35,595 nt of DNA, from positions 1 to 35,595 of the forward strand of contig JALJEE010003280.1 of the NCBI GenBank assembly GCA_023231475.1. The letters run 5' to 3'. Both the position numbers and the translations under genes were made by a program. This document shows positions 24,955-33,626 of the stretch, piece after piece; the first letter of the stretch is position 1, and every line of letters starts with the position of its first letter. Below the pieces are notes generated by a model, which did no database searches, was not told the DNA's origin, and was given only the letters and a program-made list of their open reading frames with translations. Source of the stretch: Seison nebaliae (lineage: Eukaryota).

Positions 24955-26150
24955 TTACTGAATAAAATCCTTAATAATTCCATTCACTTGTTCCGGAGTA
25001 TCTTGTTGTACCCAATGACTCGCATTCTCAATAAATCTTAACTGACAATTTTTCGATAACTCTTGAGCTGCGTCGTATGAGGCATGTGCCAAACTGATAT
25101 CGAGAGCCAAATCGTTCTTTCCCCAAATAATCAGAATTTTATCGGTTAATGGAGAATCGTAAATTTTCTCCTTCGTCTCCTTCCCATATTTGAGAGCGGC
25201 TCGATAATAATTAATAGGACCAGTAAGTGCATTAGGTCTGGCGAAATAATATCTCCAAATTTCATCTTCCGTTACATCGAAATTCTTTTTGTTAACTAAT
25301 CCAGCTTCTTTCGAATGAAAGAAATTGATTATGGTGGAACATTCTCGAAATTGGAGATACTTTTCCGGAATGACAGGAATTTGAAAGAAAAAAATATACC
25401 TACGAAAAAAGAAATGTGAAGGATTGAAGCTTAAAATTTAAACAAACCAAGATTTTAAAAATTGTTTCCACGTTCGAATATTTTCACGGAATGCTAATGG
25501 ATGTGGACAATTCATAATGATAAGTGAACTAATTTGATTTGGATACTTTTCAGAGAATTCCCAACAAACTCCTCCTCCCCAATCATGTCCAATAAGAATG
25601 GGTTCTGAATATAAATAAAAATTATAAATTTTTAAAATGGCATTTAACTCGATTCTCCGCATTGGTCTTTTATGAAAAGATGAATATCTTCAATCAGATA
25701 TTTCATTCGGTAACTTTTAATCGCCGTTGGTTGATCACTCTCACCATAACCACGTTGATCGATGGCATAGACGTGATGTGTCTTTTGAAATTCGTCAAGT
25801 TGATGTCGCCAAGAGTACCAGCATTCAGGAAAACCATGAACGAAAATCATTATTTCCGAATTCTCTTTTCCACCTTCAACGAAATGTATTTGATGTCCAT
25901 TTGTCAGTGTGATTATATTGTGATCATATTTGTCCAATGCTTCTGGCCGTGGAATCGGAAGGAAGACTGGGAAGAGAAATTCCTTCAAAAAATCCATAAC
26001 GAAATTGAAGATGATGGAGAGAATGAGATAGATCATCCAACAAAATCCGATACATATCGCGACAATGTACTCGAAATTCACTTTGTCTTTTATCTCCTCC
26101 AAACCATCCTTCACTTTATCCATTTTCGTCTCTTTTACTTCGTCACCCAT
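24955..26150 (-). CDS. Epoxide hydrolase 3/4-like alpha/beta hydrolase with an N-terminal membrane anchor; exons 26150-25649, 25604-25448, 25399-24955
   Basis: HGFPECWYSWRHQ, DQRGYGESD, GHDWGG (Asp nucleophile), SWYIFFFQ and NYYRA tyrosines, WGKND, ASHWVQQD. Hydrophobic helix near the N-terminus. Confidence 0.93.
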
Positions 26151-26555
26151 TTTTTTGCTGTTTAATTTTCTACTTTCTTTCAATTGATTGAAGCCAAAAA
26201 TTAGAATGATTTCTACTTAAGCAAATGCTTCAAATTAAATTAAAAATTCAATCAAATCATATGCCAACGGTCGTTTTATGGAACGAATTAAAGATCAGTT
26301 ACAATCTCAACTGTCATCCAAGATAATAATAATTGGAAATAATTTGAATTTAATAATAAAAAAAATAAGTTTATTTTAGGACAATTCGTAGAACGAAGTG
26401 AATTTCAAAATTTTTTTAGAAGTTTTTGAGTAGAATTCTTAAAGAACAGAAGAGGAAAATGGGAAGTATTTTCTTTTTTTTCGTTTGTTTGTTTATTTCG
26501 TTGGGTAGTAGTGTGTTTCGACTATTAAGAACGATTTGCGGTTAAGATACTTTCG

Positions 26556-27080
26556 ATGCCAATTGATCAGATTATTTCGTTCAATGTTGGTGGCGAATAT
26601 TTCCAGACAGGAAGAGAAACGATTTATCGATTTCCTAATTCGAAAATTTATGCGATAATTAATGGAGATTATCCAAATTGGCCGAAAGATAGTAAGAAAA
26701 CAGTTTTCTTCGATCGAGATCCGCTTCTTTTTCGACACGTTCTCAATTTCATGAGAACCGGATACATTTATCTTTGTACGGAATCATCATTTATTGATGA
26801 TCTCGATGTGCTTTTGGATGGGGAAGCACAATATTTCGAGTTACCCGAATTGAGTAAGTGGTTGGGCGATAATGCAGAAGTGATAAAGAGAACGAAGAAT
26901 AATGTGCCCACAATTCAAACACTATCAAATTTATTAACGAGACAAGCAGAATCTTCGCATTCGATGGGCGGTGGAAATTTGGAATTTTTATTGATCTTTG
27001 TCATTCTTTTATTATCAGTTCCTATTGTCATCCTGTTTCTTTGTTCGGTGACTCCGTCTTTATGTTTTCTCAAAACTTAA
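26556..27080 (+). CDS. KCTD-type BTB/POZ (T1) domain protein with a C-terminal hydrophobic helix
   Basis: IISFNVGGEYFQTGRETI, VFFDRDPLLFRHVLNFMRTG, EAQYFELPEL. C-terminal LEFLLIFVILLLSVPIVILFLC. Confidence 0.85.
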   Translation: MPIDQIISFNVGGEYFQTGRETIYRFPNSKIYAIINGDYPNWPKDSKKTVFFDRDPLLFRHVLNFMRTGYIYLCTESSFIDDLDVLLDGEAQYFELPELSKWLGDNAEVIKRTKNNVPTIQTLSNLLTRQAESSHSMGGGNLEFLLIFVILLLSVPIVILFLCSVTPSLCFLKT

Positions 27081-27245
27081 ATGAAAATCATTCAAAGAAT
27101 TCTTTTCAATTCCAAAATAATTTAAATAAACTAGTAAACATTTTAAACTTTCCCAACTATTTCTTATTTTGAGTTTCTTATTTTCCCCCCATTTTATTTC
27201 TCTTTTCTCTTAAAACACTTCCCAACCTTATTCCGTCAACTAACT

Positions 27246-27659
27246 ATGGATCTCATCACTTCCTCACAAATCATCAGCGACATCATTGACGAAAGTATTG
27301 AATATGTAGAATTAAAAGAAATTCATGCACTTAATGTCATGTCAACTCCACTACCAGCCCTGAATCAGGTATCTTCTGATCATTTGAATAATAATGCACA
27401 AGGAACCAATGCACAATATCCGCCAAGTCGACCTCCTCCAAAACAGAAAAGTTTATTTAGAAAAATTTGTTGTTGTGTTCCCTACAACAGGTGTCAAGTT
27501 GTTTGTCTACCTTTTTTCTGCTTGACGAAATGTTGTTGTTGTGGAAATTGTCGTCGAAATATAAAAGATCATATCAAACATAAAATCGAAGAGGAGGATC
27601 AAGATTATTATTCTCCGATTCCTGATAATTCATCTGACGTTATCGTTCAACAAATCTAA
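27246..27659 (+). CDS. Hypothetical 137-aa protein with a cysteine cluster
   Basis: Intact single-exon ORF between AT-rich spacers; ICCCVPYNRCQVVCLPFFCLTKCCCCGNC; AATAAA at about 27770. Confidence 0.65.
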   Translation: MDLITSSQIISDIIDESIEYVELKEIHALNVMSTPLPALNQVSSDHLNNNAQGTNAQYPPSRPPPKQKSLFRKICCCVPYNRCQVVCLPFFCLTKCCCCGNCRRNIKDHIKHKIEEEDQDYYSPIPDNSSDVIVQQI

Positions 27660-27969
27660 TTACAAATAATAATTAGGACTCGAATACAAATTATCGAATA
27701 ATTCCATAATGAAATTAGAAGATTAGAAGTATTTTTATCACTCGTTTTATTTAATGCAAAGATTATTCAAATAAATTTTATTTATTATTCTCCTCCTCCT
27801 CGCCTTAAATTATTAAAATGTTCGCTACTGAATACTTAACTGTAATCTCATCGTCATCTTTACAATCGTTAAAAACTATAAAGAATATTTTTCGTTACAA
27901 CAGGAAATCTATACCGTTGAGAATATTAATAAGAATTAAAAGAATATCCTTCCGAAAATCTCGATAATA

Positions 27970-28557
27970 ATGTCGGTTTCAAACAAACAATGGTTAAAAA
28001 GAGCCCAAGGAGAATTTGTAAAAAATATATTGGTCATTCCTCCACGTCTCTTTAACTATTATATGACGCATAAAATGTATTGGTCATTTGGAAAATTGAA
28101 TCCGACTGACGACAAGTATGGAATCATAGACTCACATTATATTCGTGCTCTATATACGATCAAAGGAAATAATAAACTACATAAATGTCCATTCCCTTAT
28201 TTTATCATGTTACGACTTCGATATCTTCATGGGAAATGGTGTCCAATCAAAAAAGTTGCAAATAGAATTGTTCATTTTTTGAAGATGGAAAAGAGTAAAA
28301 ATGTGGGAGAATATGGATATGAATATTCAGAATTATTAACTATTTTAGAAATTGAAAAGTGTTTCATTTCCATTTATTCGGCGACCGAACTAAATATCGA
28401 TCAAATGATAAACAGTTTGGATGAGTTGGAAAATAGATTTCAGATCGCAGAAAATTTAGTTTCGTTTATGAGAAAGATGGAAAATATCATTGAAGAACGG
28501 AAATGGGAAGATTATTTAAGAAATTTGGGTGTTAATACGTCAGCTGAGAAATCATAG
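27970..28557 (+). CDS. Hypothetical 195-aa protein, family not recognised
   Basis: Long ATG-initiated ORF in AT-rich DNA with globular-like composition. Confidence 0.6.
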   Translation: MSVSNKQWLKRAQGEFVKNILVIPPRLFNYYMTHKMYWSFGKLNPTDDKYGIIDSHYIRALYTIKGNNKLHKCPFPYFIMLRLRYLHGKWCPIKKVANRIVHFLKMEKSKNVGEYGYEYSELLTILEIEKCFISIYSATELNIDQMINSLDELENRFQIAENLVSFMRKMENIIEERKWEDYLRNLGVNTSAEKS

Positions 28558-29317
28558 TATCATGGAGGTAGTCATGGGAAATATTAAATTTAACATTTTT
28601 GTCATATTATTAATATATCATAATTGTGATATATATTGAGATTCATTCATACTTTTTTCTGCATTACGGATTCTGGATACGGATAAATGTCAAATACGCT
28701 CGGTGCAAATTAAACGTATTTTTATTAAATTTAATTTCTTGTGATCATTCTTTTCTTTTTAATTTCATTAGAATTTTAATTAAACTTTAAAGTTTAACTA
28801 AATTCAACATTGTTAGTTATTCTTTTCCTAACATGTACATGTCAACATGTTAGACTAGGGGTACTTCGTAACCTCCTCATAACTGTTAGGATTTGAAAAG
28901 AAGATCAAAAGATAGAATATGTATTGTTGGTGCGATTAGAAACCAAATCAGTTCACTAATTCCGAACATTTGATCTGTAAGAATTAATAAACAGAATCGA
29001 ATGCCAGAAGATATTTTTGAACTGGTTTATTTATCGCTAGAGGTTGTTCAAGAAGTATATACGATTGAACATCATAATAATCGTAGAAAATGTTAATAAT
29101 TTTTTTAATAATCGATCCATCACAATATCATGACGATAAATATATATCGATATAAAGATTCACAAACTCTACATAGTAATGAAACATTTTTGAAATTATT
29201 AGAAAAAATGAAAAGAATCAACGATCTACAGTGTGCATAAATAATATTCTATTAGTTCCTATTCGAATTGCGAATTGAATTTGGATTTTGACTCAAGAAA
29301 TATGCTTGGTAGTTGAG

Positions 29318-29325
29318 TATAAATA
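29318..29325 (+). promoter_or_regulatory. TATA box of the secreted-protein gene
   Basis: TATAAATA about 28 nt upstream of an Inr-like TTCATT (about 29345), followed by a candidate 40-nt 5'UTR intron GTTCTT...TTAAG (29361-29400) ending 2 nt before the ATG. Confidence 0.5.
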
Positions 29326-29402
29326 AACGAAATTTCATTTCAATTTCATTATAGAATTTTGTTCTTTGTATTTTTTTTCTTTTTGTATTTTTTTTTTAAG
29401 TT

Positions 29403-29975
29403 ATGAAATTTTTTTACATCATATTAGCGGTTTCGCTATTATTGGTCGACGTATATGACTGCCGAAAAAGACATCCAAGATCTAGGAGAAGTCGCAGATT
29501 ACGAGAAGACAGATTAAGAGCAATGAGGCGTCACGATGTTAGGACGCGACAAGCAGCAAACGCAGCGAGAGATGCTCAAGCTGCTCAAGATGTTATATCC
29601 AACGTTCTTGACTCGCTGGTTAACGATGTTGCAAATGCCGATGATGCTTCGTCGGAAGGATCATCACCAGCGTCGTCCGTAGGGGAAGCATCCGAATCAA
29701 TGTCACCACCACCACGATCACCGTCAACACAACCAACTGTACGCGAATCATTAGTTGACTGGGATGTTCCAGTCTTCCGCGAGTCACCTTCAAGATCACC
29801 ATCCCGAGAATTAGATGACCCAATTGATAATTTACCGGTGATGCAGGCATTGGATGGATCTGTTGAATTCAAAAATAGAGGTCCAAGTAGATATGAGATT
29901 CGAGCTGAACGAAGGAAATTAAACCCACCCCCAAGAGTTAGTCTTAGTTCTTCTCCAGAATCGGGTCCTTTGTAA
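29403..29975 (+). CDS. Predicted secreted, low-complexity 190-aa protein
   Basis: Signal-peptide-like MKFFYIILAVSLLLVDVYDC, then an Arg-rich block, an Ala-rich helix and a Ser/Pro/acidic region. GC content is above the flanks. Confidence 0.8.
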   Translation: MKFFYIILAVSLLLVDVYDCRKRHPRSRRSRRLREDRLRAMRRHDVRTRQAANAARDAQAAQDVISNVLDSLVNDVANADDASSEGSSPASSVGEASESMSPPPRSPSTQPTVRESLVDWDVPVFRESPSRSPSRELDDPIDNLPVMQALDGSVEFKNRGPSRYEIRAERRKLNPPPRVSLSSSPESGPL

Positions 29976-31186
29976 CATCAGATGTCTTACATAACCGTTG
30001 CCACAAACTCGTTAAAATACCTAAATTGGTATATCAGCATTATTACAAACAAAATGTGTGCAATTTACTCATCAGGTAAATCAAAACAACTATAATTAAA
30101 AATTTTAATTAACAGTTTCATTGAATATCATTCCGTAGTATTTTTTTCTTTAGATAAGCGTTTTTGGAGAAATAATAAATTCCAATATTTAACCTATCAT
30201 CCAAAATTTAAAACTGACCAGGGATTCGTTCATATTATGATTCATATAACGTTTAAATTTTAGACACATCGATTCTAAATTAGATATATTGTTAAGCGCT
30301 TAAATATGTGCGCAGAAATGGTTTTCAAAAACCATTTTTAACAAAAATTTGTATTTATGAGTTATTGATGGTATTGAAGAAGATGTGATAATTTATTAAT
30401 CAAGCAACCTTACTTACTGTTAGACAATGGAAAAAAACTTTTTCGAATAATGTTCAAAAAGTACATAAATATTAGCCATACCATACATATTAAATTTTTT
30501 TTTAGGTTCAGAATCGATTTTTCATGTTGAAATCCCATATTTTACTTACTAGGAACACTGGACTAGTGTGTGAGATACTAGGTGTGAAGTGGATGATTAA
30601 CTTCAATTAAAATTTTTTTTAAGTTCAATCGCTTAAATGTGATTTTCGAATCTCAAAAATTGAAAAAAATGAAGTTTATTAATTAACCGATTATTTGAAC
30701 ATGAACTTTAACTTTATTTTCCCTGATATTTTAACTATTAATAGTTAAAGGACTATCTATCGATCATGTTTCACGAATATAATACTATTTGAAGAAAGTT
30801 AATAATTAACATAAAAAAATAACCAATTTTTATCTGATTACTTTTGCATAGAGTTGTATAACAATGGGAAAATCGAGATATGTCATAACTATAGTTATGA
30901 TATCAAATATGATATGAAATTTCTTCTATAGAAGAGACAATGAAAAAAGTAAATTCGTAGAAATAAAAAGTTAAATAATTCTTGCGCGATAAAGACCACA
31001 TATAACAATTAGACTATATACGATGACTATTTATTGCAATTTAAAAGGTATTTATCTCACAATATATTTATAATTTATCTTTTTCTATCGTGAGTATATT
31101 TGAGATTTGAATTTTGTTTATCCATACTTAGTTTAAAGATGCTTAAGATTTTCTTTATTATAGTTCTCTAATAATTAGATTTTAAA

Positions 31187-33223
31187 ATGTTTAACTTTTC
31201 AATGAGATATCTCAATAAATTATTAAAGTGTCCGATCTCTTTCAAAAGTATCGTGAAGCATCAGAGGGGAGTCTCCAAGTTCAACAAGTACGAATCACTT
31301 AGAAAATATGAGAGTTTAAATTTTTTTGATGAAAACCTAACATCTAATTGATATTACAGAATTTAGTATTTCCTTAAAATTTGACCAGAATCCTCAAAAG
31401 TCGAAAGCAATCGAAGAAGATTCTTTCAGTATCATTAAAGAATTCTTAAAGAATGCTGATCCAGCGAGATGTGTTTTAGAAAGAATCAAATTAAATGAGA
31501 ATAAACAATTGGTTATTGACGATCGGCATTATTTCAAATTAAAAAGGAACGTTCATATCGCTGCATTTGGATGTTCAGTTTTGGGAGCATGTTACGCTCT
31601 TCAAGATATGGTGCATGACCATTTAAATGATTCTATTGTTAGTACAGTTACTGTGTATAAAGATAAATATAAATTGTTAGTTCTTTCAATTATCTATTTA
31701 CTGATAAATTTGATTCAAATTTAGTGCTAATATTTCTACTGAGGTAAAGTTAAGAAAAGAAACAGGAGTGATGAGAATTTTTGAATCAGACGAAGAAGGA
31801 CAATGTAACACAGAATCGAACACAGCTGGTGTTGAAATTCATAAAATGCTGGACAAAATTGGAGAGGAAGATATATTATTTGTTATTATTTCAGGTTTCT
31901 TCTAATTTCTTTAAATTTAAAAAATTTTCATTTATTCAAAGATCATTGTTCGTCGTTAATAAGCTTATCTGCCATTGGGATTGGTTTAGAGGATATGATT
32001 AAGTTGGATAAAATTCTCAAAGAGAAGAAAGTCAATAAAACTCAAATTAATTTCATATGGAAAACTTTATCTTTTCTAAAAGGTCGGCAATTAATTGAAA
32101 ATGCTTTACCTGCCAAAGTTATTTTTTCTAAATAATAATACAAAGTTTATTAATTAGATCGTTGGATTAATTGTATCAGATACAATTGATATAAAACGAA
32201 CTGAAAATGAAATTGTATCAGTTTCAATCTGATACAATTTCATTTTGTAATGAGAATTTGTAGAGAGAATTCTCTCCGAAAATTTGTAAATGTTTATTTA
32301 TTCGTCTGGACATATGGGATACGTTACCCTCAAAAATTAAAAATGTTATAAAATCGGAAGTAGCTAAACTTGAAGAATTATCATCTAACAAACCAGATGA
32401 TGAAACTCATTCTATGGAACCTCATGAACTAAATGAACAAATGAAAAGAAATGGGCCACTTCCAATTGATATTATACTGACTGACAACGTACAAACGATA
32501 AACAAGACAATTCCTTTCATCAAACAAGAAATGGGATATCTTCCTTTTGTAATAAACACGTCAATGAAGTTTCCTGGAATGTTAATGGGTAAATCAATAG
32601 CTCTCTTAACATTTTTCTGTTGTAGTTATTTAGAAGGAAGAAATTCCAAATCAATCGCATATTTAGAAACAGAAATACTGAAAAATGAAATTATGAGTAA
32701 GAAGAAATTTATTAAGCTTATGAGATTTTTATATGATTATCGACTGAATTCTGAAGTGTTTAAATTCTGTTTGATGATGAGTGGAAGACCGGAGTATAAA
32801 CTACTTCCAGAAAATGAAAGAGGAATTGGAGGTGTAAACCAGGAATTGATCCTTTATGCAGGATTAGAAATGAATCGATTATCAAAGAAATATGATACAT
32901 TTGATGATATATTCAATATCAATTTTGTCAGTTTCGATACGAAAGGCAAAGATGGTAACAGCGAAAATGCAGGAGCTTATTTATCGACTAATCTCATTGA
33001 CATGATGATATCTAACAATAATTGTAAGAGATTACCTCCGAACGATCAATCTTACAACAGTCGTACAAGATTAAGAGTCAAAATGGAAAATAAAGTAATA
33101 GATCATTTGAGAAGAAATGATTCAGGAACGTTAATCAATGAATTAAAACAATCAATTAAGTTTGGTCTTTCACCAACAAACGTTATGTCACAAACTTTTA
33201 TTTTAATCAAATCAAAATTTTAG
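31187..33223 (+). CDS. Glycerate kinase (GLYCTK, MOFRL family)-like protein, divergent; exons 31187-31313, 31360-31675, 31725-31894, 31942-32117, 32158-32220, 32264-33223
   Basis: Colinear similarity to GLYCTK from memory: NVHIAAFGCSVLG, EDILFVIIS, LSFLKG, PAKIVGLIVSD, GIGGVNQEL, GKDGNSENAGA, NDS, TNVM. Five GT-AG introns give one continuous frame. Basic, acid-poor N-terminus. Confidence 0.8.
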
Positions 33224-33324
33224 AAAATTTCTTTTCCGTTTCTCCTATATTGGGATTATTTCTTCTCTTATATTTCAATAAAATTGTTTATTTTAATAAT
33301 TATAAATTAAATTATAAAGTCTAA

Positions 33325-33476
33325 TGTTGTGAATTCAGTTCAACTAAGTGGCTGAAGAAAGACACATGTTCTTTTTTTGTTGACTTTAATAAAGTACTTA
33401 ATCTTAATATCTTCTTTTTATATCTTGTCATCGTAATGAGTTCTAACGAACTGGACCAACCTCTCCAATCACAACA
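33325..33476 (+). repeat. Candidate 5' LTR of the gypsy element
   Basis: TGTTGTGA...TCACAACA 8-bp inverted ends with an internal AATAAA. No clear TGG primer-binding site follows, and the second LTR is outside the window. Confidence 0.45.
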
Positions 33477-33626
33477 GGAGCCATAGGTAGTCTTTACATT
33501 GTAACGAGTAAAAACAAAATAAATGACCTTTTATAAATCTTTAGCTTTTTTTTCACTTCTCTTCCATATAAAACAACAACATTAATAAAATCTTCCTCGA
33601 CTTCAATCTAAAAGATCTGTATCTTC

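Noticed and set aside
23803..26165. Antisense ORFs over Ran and the epoxide hydrolase (23803-24126, 25662-26165)
   Set aside because: Shadow frames of real genes with no independent support.
28826..29080. CTAACATGT...ACATGTTAG inverted repeat and a possible solo LTR starting TGTTAGGA
   Set aside because: No matching right end or TSD could be defined.
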